NCBI RefSeq assembly: GCF_016433145.1
Contig: NC_058133.1
Span: 164,078,470 to 164,142,469, forward strand
Direction of reading: 5' to 3'
Origin: Gracilinanus agilis
Lineage: Eukaryota
Length of the DNA stretch: 64,000 bases
The position numbers were made by a program, and so were the translations under genes. Below are positions 1 through 12,993 of this stretch, piece after piece (position 1 is the first letter of the stretch; every line of letters begins with the position of its first letter). The notes under the pieces are model-generated. The model worked only from the letters and a program-made list of their open reading frames with translations, was not told the DNA's origin and ran no database searches.

Positions 1-478
1 ACTTTTCACCTCTTATCTCTGCTTTTCTGGGCTTTTTGCCCCCACACCTTCTGTGTTTAATTAAAGTGTGATTGCCACCCCATTTCTCATTCCCACTTGT
101 GATCTTTCCTGGCAAGTACCCAAATAACTGGGCATGCCTGACCCTATTTCATAAATTATCCATTCATTTTGTAGAAGTGAAAAACTAGAAACAATACATA
201 CTGAAGCACTACAATTTAGTGAAAAGGACAGGGAGGAAGAAATGTTATATTGTGCTTTCTGCTCAAGCCTTGTGCTAACTGGTTTTCTCCAGGAACCTGT
301 ACTGATCCCACATGACTCCAATTGCTGCTTTCTCAGAGCCTAGTGGACTGACACCTCATGCTTCCATCTGGCATCCACCTAGATTCATTTTTTCTCAATT
401 ATTCCACCTTTCTCTTTTCAAAGTATTCATGTGTAGAACTCCCTTAGCCAATCTAATCTTTACTGTTTTTATATAGAG

Positions 479-662
479 CAACAGTCGGCAACCTTTTTGG
501 TCGTGAGAACCTGCAGAAGGAAGAGGATGGAGGTGGAAGGCGCTGGAATATGGGACAGGGGCTGAAAGGGCCCCCTCGGGCACATCCTGGGGCTCTGCCC
601 AGACTGGCCAGTTGGGAGGTGGAGCCAGATATGGCTCAAGAGCCATACGTTGCTGACCCCTG
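479..662. mobile_element. Non-autonomous hAT (Charlie-group) DNA transposon, 184 bp
   Basis: Imperfect TIRs (caacagtcggcaac ... gttgctgacccctg) and an 8-bp TSD atatagag/ttatagag. Confidence 0.8.
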
Positions 663-1002
663 TTATAGAGGGAGAGGGACGCCTACAAAAAGGACTACAT
701 AACCATATAATCTATACGTTTTTAAGAGGAGGACTGCTTTCTTTGACTTCCATTAAGTTTCAGCAAAAGTCTCACTTTCTGCTAGAAGCCTTTTCCAGTC
801 CTCCTTAAACTTACTGCCTTCCTTTTAAACCTAACATCAGTTTATCCTGTCTCTTTTTAACATATTTGTTTGCTTTCTGTCTGCTCTGTTAGAATGCCTT
901 GGAAAAGGGAATTTTTGTGTGCTTCGCGCCTAGATGATGTTTGATTTGGAGTTCCTTGAAAGATTATTGTGACTACTTACTATTGTGGGTTGTTTTATTT
1001 TT

Positions 1003-1198
1003 TTAAGCCCTTACCTTCCATCTTAGAATCAATACTATGTATTGGTTCCAGAGCGGTAGAGCAGTAAAAACTAAGCAGTATGGTTTACATGGGTGGCCAA
1101 AAGTCACAGAGCCAAGAAGTGTTTGAGGCTAAATTTGAACCCAGTAGCTCCATCTCCAGGTCTGGTTCTCAATCCACTAAGGCACCTAACTGTACCCA
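1003..1198 (-). mobile_element. Older tRNA-derived marsupial SINE
   Basis: Reverse of the SINE head and body seen at 1501-1700. Confidence 0.8.
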
Positions 1199-1500
1199 TG
1201 GGTTTCTTTTTTTTAATGTTACAAGTAAACAATAAAAAAAAGAAACTAGAAAAGGACCAAGAACAATTAAATAACAATAGGATGATATTGTTTTCTTTTA
1301 AAATTTGAATATGACAATAATAAATAATAAAAACAAATTAAATATATAAGATGCATAATAAGAAATAATAAGAAAATATGAATTTCAAATTTTAATTTAT
1401 ATTGCATGATTTTAGATGAGATTTTCATCTTATTTAGTTTGTTCATATTTTTTAAATTGGATTTAAGTTAAAATAAAAATATTCTTTTAAAAAATTAAGA

Positions 1501-1700
1501 GGGGCAACTTGGTGGCTCAGTGGATAGAAAACTAAACATGGAGACAGGAGGTCTGGGGTTCAAATCTGGCACCAGACACTTCCTAGTTGTGTGCCCTGAG
1601 CAAGTCACTTAACTCCAATTTCCTAGCTCTTTACTACTCTTCTACCTTGGAACCAATATTTAGTATTGATTCTAAGATGGAAGCTAAGGGTCTAAAAAAA
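1501..1700 (+). mobile_element. Older tRNA-derived marsupial SINE
   Basis: ggggcaacttggtggctcagtggatag...ggttcaaatctggc (A and B boxes), A-rich end. Confidence 0.85.
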
Positions 1701-3197
1701 ACAATTGAGGAAAAGGAATATCTGAAAGTATCTTGTGGGGTCAAGACAAATAAATTATTAATTCATTGTTTCATTCTGGTTCTGAAATTCATTATCTGTT
1801 GCCTAGATTTTTTTAAAAATAGTCTCCTAATTGATCTCTTTGCTCCTAGTCTCTCTCCTCTACAACCCATCCTTCAAATAACTGTCGAAACATTCACTTA
1901 ATGAGCAAATGAGAATTTATTACTCTCCTCAAGAATCTTGAGTAGATCACTAGTACCAATGGAATAAACCAGAAATTCCTCAGTCTCCAATTTAAAATCC
2001 TTTCCCATTTTTCTCCTATTGACCGTTACAATCTTGGTTAATATTATCTCACTTTGATTATGCTGAATTTAAGCCAAATTGGTCTATTAGCTCTTCCTCA
2101 AATTTTTTTTCTGCTTCATTTCCAATATCTCTGATTACTCACAAAAGCTAGCCCTCTCTCCCTTCGAAACGAGCCACTACAGCAGCACTTTCTCCATAAA
2201 AAAAAAATGGAAGCTATCATTATATGGTCACTGTTGATTGGCCAGAAGGCTCTTTTACCTTGTCGTTTTGAGTTTTTAGTCAAATTTTTGACATCTAGAA
2301 CTTACTTTTTTTTGAATCTGCACATGTTCAGACTTTCAGTAACCCTTCTGGGCCACTTCTCAGAAATAGACTTAGTGATTACTGAGATACCACACAACTA
2401 TAAAATTATTTAATTCTTTGTTTCTATGATTCTAGGATCTTTGTTTATAGATATAGATATTGAGGGAGACCCAGAGAATTTCAGTGATTTGCCAAGGCTT
2501 GGATTATTAGTCAATGGTGGAATGAGGATATAAACCAGGGTTTTCTCCCTCCCAGGGCCATGTTCTCACAACAGAGCCAGGGACCTCCGGTACTTATTTA
2601 ATGAACATAGGATCTGTGCCCAGGGAAAGTTAGTCCATCCTGCTCCTGGCTAAAATACTAAGTAATTGGTTAATGACAGACTTAATGTTAAAGTTGCTAC
2701 TATGACCTTCTTTGGCCCACTAGGTTCCTTTTCTTCATCACTGCCCTAGCTCTTCATCCTTGATACTGTTTCTCTGGCAGACTCATTGCCTAAATGAGAT
2801 AGGGAAGTGAGGTCCAAGGAGAGCAAGACTTTCTCATTGGAAACATAGTTATGATGTAAATCCACTTCTCCATCATCTTCATTGTCTCTTTCAATTTTTT
2901 CATATATCTTGGGATTCTGTACTTTCCTCATTATGGATATTGAATGCAATATTCAATTGGGATAAGTAGGGGAAGAAGGATGCAATTAATGGATCAAATA
3001 CCCTTCAGATCAAAGGCTCAGACAAAGCCACTGACTAAAAGAAAAATGTAGATTTTTATTATGACAGGGAGAAAATAGAGAAGGATGACAGAGAATGACA
3101 GGTTGTTTTGTATACAGAAATGAAGCAAAGTAGGCATGCAAGCAGTTTGGAAGAAAGAGGGAAAGAAAAGAAGATACTGTTGGAAAAAAGAGTTTAA

Positions 3198-3400
3198 TGG
3201 AGGCAGCTAGGTTGCTCATTTATTGAGAACCAGACCCAGAAATGGGAAGTCCTGGGTTCAAATTTAAGCACATACACTTCCTAGCTGTGTGGTCCTAGAT
3301 AATTCACTTAACTTCCATTGCCTAGCCCTTACCACTCCTCTGCCTTGGAACCAATACCCAGAATTGATTCTAATATGGAAGGTAATGGTTTTTTAAAAAG
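3198..3400 (+). mobile_element. Older tRNA-derived marsupial SINE
   Basis: Same family text as 1501-1700. Confidence 0.8.
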
Positions 3401-5377
3401 AAAACAAAGAAAAAATAGGTTAATAAGGCAATTTGGCTGAAAGATAGAAAGAGTTCTGAGATGGAGGATAGAAAAAGTACATAGTATCTGCTGAATACAG
3501 AAGAAATTCTAAGAATGACACAAAATTGGGATTGGCATAGTCCCTGATTTCTCTGTACATTTCTTCTGATCCTTACCCCCTATTTTACCACTGTCACCAT
3601 TCTTTACCCCATTATCAGCCAGGCTCCTCAAATCGTTTAGCTTCCTTTTAAGAACTTTATGCCTCTCTCCTGATAACCACATAATTTCTTTCCTTTATTT
3701 GCCCAATGACCGGAAGAGCAGATTATTGCTCAGAGAAGATCTTAAGTAAAATTTAAAAAAAACCAGTATTCAGGTATGAGTTTTACTGTCCTATTCCCCA
3801 TGGTTTCCAGTTATGTTCCATGTCCTTAAAAATGTCTTTATCTTCTATCCCAAGTAAAGAACTCCAAGACCATGTCTCAGGTCTCACTTCAAATATAAGA
3901 GTTGGGGATCATTGGCATTAGTGTCCTATCTTGGTTTCTGCTTGATCTATTCCAAATATCCCTAACTCTCCATAAAAATTGCCACTTTCTGTATGCTCTT
4001 GAAGTGCCTCCATATACCCCAAGTCATATGTTCTCAGTGAAGAAGACCCAGATCATTTCAGATGGACCTACATTCTCTACTCTCCTCACCTTGCTTCCTT
4101 GTGTGAGGTTCCTTTAGTCTCCTTTCCAGAGGCATTCCTCCAAACTCTTGTCCCAGAGAGTGTTATTAATGGACTTTTCTCTCTGCTCTGCTACTAAAGC
4201 CAATATTAGTAAGTTTACCATAATCCTGGAGGGTCATTACTACAATAAATTTGACACAGATCCTACCATCCAAATTGCATAAGTAAGTCCAATGAGGCTC
4301 ACCAAATCTGAGACAATGACTTTGAAGCTTGATGCTCAAGTTGAAATCAGCTAATTCATGGAGAAAATTTTGGTCTCCTTTCTATATAGTTCCCTGTGGG
4401 CTCATTAAGAGTTTGGCATCTGGTGGAGACTTTCAGTGAAAAAAACAAATCCCCTAACTTATATTTCTTTACTTCTAAATCCTTGGTTTCTTATGATCAA
4501 TAATAAATATAGAGGTGATTGGGTTGGTCACCCTCCCACCTCGCCCCATTACCAATCTGCCCTCAAAGAAGATTGAATTATTAGAGATCAGAGAGACAAC
4601 TCAGACTTGCAGAGATGGAATCAAGTCTACATTTAGAGAAATGATGTGTAAGACCAAAAAGAAGGGAAAAGAATTATAACCAGATCCAGTAGAATCTGAC
4701 AGAGAAACCCCAGAAAGTGTCGATAAATGCCTTCTGTGATTCAACAAGGTGAAGAGTTCAGTAATCAGGGAGTATTTTGCTTCAGGAAAAACCTCAGTTG
4801 GGTTTTCCTGCTGGGATCAGGAAAGGTTCCATTGACTTCCTACTCCTCCAGTGATAAAACCAAAAGTTATATGTCATTAAAAAAAATAAAAGCAAAGATG
4901 GGTTTTGGGAACAAAAGCCTCAGTTCCATTTGAAAAAGGATGATTAGTACAGCTATTACCCTGATAACAGAGAGCGGCAAGTGATAAACTAAAGCCATAC
5001 CTCACTGCAGCTTTCATGTCTGTACTTATAGAGGTATGGCCTTGGTCGATGTGTGTGTCCTATTTTAGAGAGTGTGAAAGAAATTAGATCATATCCATTT
5101 GTCCCACTGATTCAGGGTAGCTCTGCAGTCTACTAGAATGCCATAGTTCAGCAGAAAGAGTATTGGTCATTAAATCCAAAGATCAGAATTCAAGTCACAG
5201 TTCATTTCTCAGACATTAAATGACCCTAGGCAAGGCTTTGGAACTTCAATTTCTTCAGCTATCAAGTGAGAGTAGTAATACATATATTAAATATATCCCA
5301 GAATGATGGTGAGAGTTTTGTATAACTAAATTACTAATTTTTATATGTGAGATTGATTATTTTTAAAAAAAAACAAA

Positions 5378-6715
5378 TTTATTTATTTAGAATATTTTCC
5401 ATGGTTACATGATTCATGTCTTTTCCTTCCCCCTCCCAGATCTGACAAGTAAAGAGTAATCTTTTAAAGTCAACATCCCCAATCATATCCCCATCAAACC
5501 AGGTGATCAAGCAAATGTTTTTCTTCTGTGTTTCTATTACCACAGGTCTTTCTCTGGATGTGGATAGAGTTCTTTATCATAAGTCACTCAGAATTGTCCT
5601 GGATCATTGCATTGCTGCTAGTAGAGAAATTTATTATATTCAATTGTACCACAGTGTATCTGCCTCTGTGTACAACATTCTCCTGGTTCTGCTCCTTTTG
5701 CTCTGCATCAATTCCTGGAGGTCTTTCCAGTTCACATGGAATTCCTCCAGTTTATTACTCCTTTCAGCACAATAATATTCCATCACCATCAGTTACCACA
5801 ATTTGTTCAGCCATTCCCCCATCAAAGAACTTCCTCTCGTTTTCCAATTTTTTGCTACTATAAAAAGAACAGCTATAAATATTTTTGTACACTCATTTTT
5901 CATTATTATCTCTATCGGGTACAAACCCAACAGTGGTATGCCTGGATCAAAGGGTAGGCAGTCTTTTAAAGCCCTTTGGGCATAGTTCCAAATTGCCTTC
6001 CAGAATGGTTTGGATCAATTTACAATTCCACTAGCAATGCATTAATGTCACAATTTCGCCACAACCCCTCCAACATTTATTATGTTCCTTTACTATCATA
6101 TTGGCCAATCTGCTAGGTATAAGGTGATACTTCAAAGTTGTTTTGAATTTGTATGTCTCTAATCAGGAGGGATTTAGAACATTTCTCTTTCTAACTCTTC
6201 CTGCTGAGTTGTGTTGGAAATATATAGAAATGCTGATGATTTATGTGGGTTTATTTGGTATCCTGCAACTTTGCTAAAGTTGTTGATTATTTCCACTAAC
6301 TTTTTAGTGGATTCTTTAAGTAGACCATCATGTCATCTGCAAAGAATAATAGTTTAGTTTCCTTATTGCCTATTTTAATCCCTTCAATTTCTTTTTCTTC
6401 TCTAATTGCTACTCCTGGCATTTCTAGTACAGTATTAAATAAATAATAGAGGGGATAATGGGCATCCTTGCTTCACTCCTGATCTTATTGGGAAGGTCTC
6501 TAACTTGTCCCCATTGTGATACTTGCTGATGTTTTTAAATATATACTGTTTATAATTTTTAGGAAAGGCCCATCTATTCCTATACTTTCTGGTGTTTTCA
6601 ATATGGAATTCAGGAATGGGTGTTGTATTTTGTCAAAGGCTTTTTCTGTATCTGTTGAGATAATCTTGTGATTTCTGTTGATTTGGTTATTGATATGGTC
6701 AATTATGTGTACCTT
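5378..6715 (-). mobile_element. L1 fragments (3' end and RT region), antisense, with an internal deletion
   Basis: Minus ORF 6500-6736 contains IIDHINNQ...[17 protein letters not shown]. 5400-6190 resembles the reverse of 47300-48250. Confidence 0.9.
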
Positions 6716-8374
6716 AGGGCAATCTTCACAGCCCAAGTTAGTCCCTCCTTCCTACACAGAACATCTCTATGCTTTTTCACTCTCAGATCACTGGCAAGAA
6801 GTCATGCTCTGTGGCAGCCTTAAATTATTATCTCCATTAAAATGATGCAGCAGCCTTGGATTCAAGTCTCATGTTCCAGCTCCTCCACTAACAAAATGGC
6901 AAAGTGATGTCTCTGAATTTCAATTTCCTCTTCTACAAAATAAGGATAATAATCCCCACCTACCCTACCTATCTCAAAGTTATTTAAAGTATAAAATGAG
7001 AAATATGTGGAAACATTTTATGAATTATACAGCCCTGTAGAAATGGAAATGAAGCATTTTTAACCTCTGAGACACTTCTTATTCTGATCTCCCTTCTCTT
7101 AAGCCCAGATGTCATATGAACACTGAAGTTCTATACTCTACTTAGAGTAGTCCTATTATAGTACTAATCACCTGCCAATTGGAGCCATGCTATAAAGGCT
7201 TAAACAAGAGATACCAAACATCCCATATATGCTTGCTATGTGTGCAATAGTGATAAGCACACGAACCCTTAGCCCTTTCTCCCTGCTCCTGGGTCATTCA
7301 TTTCCTTCTTAGTTTACATCTTGGCTCCTGTGACAATCATGAAATATACTCTGTTATTGTTTTTCTTCCCACAGCCAAAATTTCTCAGTCCTCAAAAATA
7401 ATCATCCATTATTCACTTCACATAAATAATCACATATTATTCACATAAAAATGAAGCACATTCACTTTTATAAGAAAAAAAATCAATGGAACAATAGAGA
7501 ACATTGATTGAAAGGCTGCTTTAATCACTTAATATCTAAAATATGAATAGAACATTATCCATTTAAACATTAGAATAGTGTGTGCAAAGAGAAATACATA
7601 TCATTAGCAACAAAAATAATATAATAATAGATGCATGCCATGATGTAGTATATAATATACATGCACACATGAAAAATATAGATAAAAGACATAAAGTAGC
7701 CACAACCACATTGTAAAGGACAACATGCAATTTATTACATATATATAATATATATAATTCCTTTTATATATATGTACATATATAAATTATATATGATATA
7801 TACAATTACAAAGCAAAATTATATCTAAATAATCAGATAGTACATCTGACTATGAATAAACACTCTTTTTACTCCATTTTATGTCTCTAACCACCTATTT
7901 GTGGCTAGGGCTATATAGGAATAGGAATAAATGTATTCATATAACCATATTTGTTATATGTACTTCTACGTGTGTAATACATATACATAATTATGCTGTG
8001 TGTGTATTCCTAAATATACATATAATTCCAAAAATCCATCTTCATGGATTCAGGGAAGAGGGAAATGTTTTATCTATTATCCATAATTAGCAATGAAGAA
8101 TCTATGGAGAAGACAAATAAGAAGGAGGCAAAGAGAAGAGCCCTCCTTGTATAAACTACTTTCACCATAGTGTGATAAAGAAACATATAAAGAGTATTCA
8201 GTAAAGAATTTATGTGATAGAGAGAGAGCAGCTCAGTGGCTCAGTGGATTGAGAGCCAGGTGTAAAAATGGGAGTCTTGGGTTCAGATCTGGCCTCATAG
8301 CTGTGTGATCCTGTGTGACCAAAGATCATTGAATTTAGTGATGAAGAAATCCTTGATTTCTCACGCTTTCTAAT

Positions 8375-9810
8375 GCCACACCCCTCTGCCAACCCAATCT
8401 GTTGCTAAAGCCTGTCCATTTTACTTTTGCAATATATATCAAATATATATCATTTTCTCCTGTTACACAGCTGTGACTCCAGTTCAGGCCTTTATCACCT
8501 CATCCCTGGATACTGAAAAAGCTGCCTCCTTGTCACAATCATCTCCCCAAAGCCACCCACCCCCTTGGGGGCTATCAGAGCAACCTTTCTAAAGTATGGG
8601 TCTGACCATGACCCACCTCACCCTATTCAGTAAATTCCAGTGAGTATCTATCACTTCCAAGATTAAATAATTGACTTACTTGGTAGAGCCCAATTTCAGT
8701 TTAAGGATGATACATCAGAAGTCAGAATGTAGACAGTTAGGAAGAAAACAGGAGGAAAGAAATAGAGGCAGTTACTGGAGGAAGCTTTTTCAAAGAGTTT
8801 AGCTATAAAAGGGAGTTGAGATTAAGAGTGAAAGCTAGTAGATATGGATGAATCAAATGACTATTTTTGAGGATAGAGGAGGCTTGGTCATATTTATAGG
8901 CAGTTAGGAAGAAATATGTGGGGATGAAGAGACTGAAGATAACAGAGTAGAGACTGCCAATGAACCCCAAATAGGATCATGAAAAGTTGGACTCTACTGA
9001 AATAAAAGAATAACAACAATCTATTTTCCAGGCATTCTGTTAAACCCTGGGGATATAAAGAATGGTAAATCTACTGCAGAAGGAAAGTTAGAATTGCCAC
9101 TTTCAGAAATATTGGTTTTTCTTAGCAAAGAGAAGGATCAAATCTTTGTGTGAGATGAGTAAAGGTGATGATCATTGTGAGAGGAATCTGGGTGATATGA
9201 GATGAGGGGAGAAAAGGGAGCTTAGAGTGAATGGGAAGGTTGAAAGAGATAAGAATAAAGGTGTGGATAGTGAGGAGAAGAACAATGTTTAGATAATGAC
9301 AAAGATTTCAAAATCACTGGGATTAGGAGGCTGTGACTGGTTGTGAGAGTGTTATTCATTCAGGAAAGTTAAAATAGGTTATTAAATGCCTAGAGGTATG
9401 GTCCCATGGTGGAGTCCTCTTAGGATGGGTCAGGGGAGGGATGAAGAAAAGAATATAAACATTTATTAACTACCTACTATGTGTCAGGTCTATAAACCAT
9501 AGAGAATGAGTGGATTTTTAAAGCAAATGATGTGATAACAATGATATTTTAGTAAAATTAATCTGATAATCATGTGTAGAATTGATTATATATGAAAGAG
9601 AATGAAAAGTCTAAAAACTTTTGTAATTGTTCCACTGTCATTAAGAGAGTTAAATCATTAGAATAGTAACAATAATTTTGGAAATGAAGGATTCCTTCAA
9701 AAGACATTGTGAAAAAATAAATCTGGGTGACATTGAAATGAGGCAGTGAAACAGATAGAAGTAAGTATACCTCTGAAACTAGGTGATTGGGAGAATGATG
9801 GTGTCACTGA
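8375..9810. mobile_element. Cluster of L2 fragments in both orientations
   Basis: Plus-strand L2 ORF2 text at 8375-8670 (ccaatctgttgctaaagcctgtcc...ggtctgaccatg), then purine-rich antisense L2 with the 3' end text acatttattaactacctactatgtgtcagg near 9460. Confidence 0.65.
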
Positions 9811-10167
9811 CAGAAACACATTTGAACCTCATCTAATATTCTATTTAATCTCAGATTTAATTCATCATCCTTCCTGAACCAAGTCTCTTGGCAAATGCCT
9901 TACTTCACTATTCCAGAACATCTTTCTTGTGACTTTATATTGGCCCACTGCCCCTGCCAAGACCAATTTCTCTGACTCCAATATGTCTGTAACTCCTTAC
10001 TTTTTTCATGTTACTCAGATTTCTAAGTACCCAATAGAAAAGCGTATTCATATATTCACATTTAGAAAAATATATATCATTTAGTTAATATTTGTAAAAG
10101 TACATGTATAATTTGGAAAAATATTCAGCCCCAAAGCTAAATTACTAAAAGGACCTATCCGATTAAG

Positions 10168-11109
10168 TCATTTTAGGTAAAACTTCTTGCCCAACACTTT
10201 CCTGATGGCCAGTTGTACATCCTTATTCCTTAGACTGTACACTATTGGATTCAACAGAGGTGTAATGATTGTGTATGTTACTGTGACCAGGCGGTCCTTG
10301 TTGGAGATGTAGCTGGCTGTGGGTCTCAGGTAGATGAAGGAGGCACAGCCATAATGGATGATGACCACGGTAAGATGAGAAGCACAGGTAGAGAAAGCTT
10401 TCTTCTTCCCCTCTGTTGATGGAATTTTCAGGATAGTTCTCAGGATGTGGAGATAAGAAATGCAAATGAAGAAGAAGGGGACCACGAGCACAAGGACTCC
10501 ACAGATGAAGATGACAAATTCATGAGAATCTGAGTCTGTGCAGGCAAGCCGAATGACAGGTGAGATGTCACAGAAGTAGTGGTTGACTTTGTTGGAATTG
10601 CAAAAGGGGAGACTAAAGACCAAGTTGACTGTTGTTAGTGAGACCAAGAGACCTCCAATGCCACAAGAGACTGTCAGCTGCCCACACACACGCCAGCTCA
10701 TGAGGATTGGGTAGCGCAGAGGGTGGCAAATAGCAGCATAGCGGTCATAACCCATCACCCCAAGCAACAGACAGTTGGTGACGGCAAAGCCAAGGAAGAA
10801 GAACATCTGGACAGCACAGCTGGTGAAAGAGATCGTCCTGAGCACAGAAAAAAGGTTGACGAGCATCTTGGGCAGGATGACAAAAGTATAGAAGGTTTCA
10901 GAGACAGAAAGGACACTCAGGAAGTAATACATTGGGGTGTGGAGACTGCGTTCAAGGCGGATGACAGTTACTATCATGATGTTCCCAGTCAGAATGAATA
11001 GATAAAGGCAGAGGAACACTGGGAAAAGCACAAGCTGCTTTTCTTGGAGATTGGAGAAACCCAGCAACAAGAACTCGGTAACCACCGTAAGATTGGCTGA
11101 AGGAAACAT
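10168..11109 (-). CDS. OR10R2: Olfactory receptor, family 10 subfamily R (OR10R2 ortholog candidate), intact, 313 aa
   Basis: Uninterrupted ORF with OR motifs: N-glycosylation site NLT, LHTPMYYFL, MGYDRYAAICHPLRY, KAFSTCASHL, PLLNPIVYSLRNKDV. The segments NKVNHYFCDIS, FVIFICGVLVLVVPF and SNKDRLVTVTYTI match my recollection of human OR10R2. Confidence 0.9.
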   Translation of the reverse strand: MFPSANLTVVTEFLLLGFSNLQEKQLVLFPVFLCLYLFILTGNIMIVTVIRLERSLHTPMYYFLSVLSVSETFYTFVILPKMLVNLFSVLRTISFTSCAVQMFFFLGFAVTNCLLLGVMGYDRYAAICHPLRYPILMSWRVCGQLTVSCGIGGLLVSLTTVNLVFSLPFCNSNKVNHYFCDISPVIRLACTDSDSHEFVIFICGVLVLVVPFFFICISYLHILRTILKIPSTEGKKKAFSTCASHLTVVIIHYGCASFIYLRPTASYISNKDRLVTVTYTIITPLLNPIVYSLRNKDVQLAIRKVLGKKFYLK

Positions 11110-11124
11110 TTCTCTGGGAATGTC

Positions 11125-11140
11125 CTAAAGAAAATGGAGG
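11125..11140 (-). other. Splice acceptor just upstream of the OR10R2 start codon (implies an upstream non-coding exon)
   Basis: Minus strand reads cctccattttctttAG|gacattcccagagaaATG, with the acceptor 15 nt before the ATG. This is the usual OR gene layout. Confidence 0.65.
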
Positions 11141-11548
11141 AGGAAGAATGCTCAATTCTATGGCTCTAAAGATCTGGAGGTTTTCATTCTGGATTATGTA
11201 GTCATTGAACTTATTCTGGATTATTGCTGACTTGCTCAGGATCACAGAAATAGTAAATGGTAAGGTTGGGATTTGAATCCATGTCCTCTGATTCCAAATA
11301 AGACAATGCTATGCTTCCTATATCTCCAGTCTATATATCTCCAAACCACCTGCATGACATTCAGCTTTTGAATAGCTTCTTATGTTCTCTACCAACCATG
11401 ATCCAAACATTGAAAATATTGCTAAAAATACCACCTCCTCCAAGAAATCTTCCATAATTTATCTAGTGTACCTTATTGTTTATTATTCTTATTCATTTTA
11501 GCCATATATTTTCCCATTATTTAATATATTGGTCAGGACATATTTTTT

Positions 11549-11738
11549 TAATTTTTTTTTAAACCCTTGTACTTCGGTGTATTGTCTCATAGGTGGAAGA
11601 TTGGTAAGGGTGGGCAATGGGGGTCAAGTGACTTGCCCAGGGTCACACAGCTGGGAAGTGGCTGAGGTCAGGTTTTGAACCTAGGACCTCCTGTCTCTAG
11701 GCCTGACTCTCACTCCACTGAGCTACCCAGCTGCCCCC
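11549..11738 (-). mobile_element. Young SINE1-type element
   Basis: Reverse-oriented SINE with an 18-bp TSD ggtcaggacatatttttt (11531-11548 and 11739-11756). Confidence 0.95.
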
Positions 11739-12169
11739 GGTCAGGACATATTTTTTGTCACTTCAAGTGTTTATTTTGTATCTTTAACTAGATTATAAGG
11801 TATCTGAGGTTTTTAAACATGTCTCCTATTTACTCATTGCCCATGGTCCCTTCAGTTAAGTTTATCTACAAAGTCAATGCACAGCATCCATTGATTAGCT
11901 GAATGAATGAATAAAAGATGGAGGGAGGGAATGAGGAAGCAGTGGCTATAGGAAGTGCCATTGTGCAATTATTGTCTCCTTTATACTCCTATTTCCACCA
12001 ACCTAGTAAAGTTTTCATGATCCTCATCAACTAACAAGCAGATGCCTTAATGGACAAAGTATTAAATATGCTCCCAACTAAAGTGAAGTTTTCTAGAGGC
12101 AAAGATGTGTTTCAGCAGATAAGGAATATTTTATACGAATTTCATTTTTTTTTCTATTGAGAGCATTGC

Positions 12170-12932
12170 CATTTTTCCAATCACCCAGATTTGTATCCTT
12201 GTTGTCATTCTCAACTCTTCCCTCTTCTGGTGTTAAATCTTGTCAATTCTACCTCCATAATATAGCTCATATCCATCATCTTCTTTGTATGCACACAACT
12301 GCTATCATAGTTCAGGCTTTTATTACTTCTTTCTTTGACTATAGCAATAACCTCCTAATTGATCTCTCTATCTCCAACTCTCCACAGAATTGCCAAAGTG
12401 ATCATTCTAAACCAAAAATCTGACCATGTCATTCTCTTACTCTAAAAACATCAGAAATTGCCTATTTCTAATAGAATAAATACATGCTTTTCTATTTGAA
12501 ATGTAGAAACTTTTCTAATCTGGCTTCCATCCAACTTTCCACTGATATTTTACTATCAGTCAAGAATTTTGCTTACTACTTACTTATGATATAGTCCCAT
12601 TTGTTAAAAGGCCACAGATAAGTATGGAAATCTTTACCTCTTTAGTCCTTTTGATCCTCATCCCCTAATATTAGCTTTGTGCCAGACTTTTTCCAGAGTA
12701 TATTAGGATTATAGAATTCAAGAAGAGCCAGGATTCCTGAAAGGAAGGAGGTCCTATTATAAGCCTATTTACCCATGATCCTCATTGATTCTCCAACTTT
12801 GATCATTTGCATTGAGTCCCTAAGATTACTGTGACTTTGTATTGGACATCAGACAATATCCTTGATCTCATGTGGCTTACAGTAAAAGACCACTGTGATG
12901 TGAACATACAATATAAGACAGGATATATATAT

Positions 12933-12993
<61 letters not shown>

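Noticed and set aside
273-292. Plus-strand branch point and acceptor (gctaac...ttttctccag)
   Set aside because: No associated exon or ORF, and no plus-strand gene is evident in the window.
4994-5040. 10-bp inverted repeat gccatacctc...gaggtatggc (possible miRNA hairpin)
   Set aside because: One or two such stems are expected by chance in 64 kb, and the inner region pairs poorly.
10223-11245. Overlapping ORFs on or beside the OR genes (also 20840-21169 and 28468-28698)
   Set aside because: Antisense or alternate-frame shadows of OR coding sequence.
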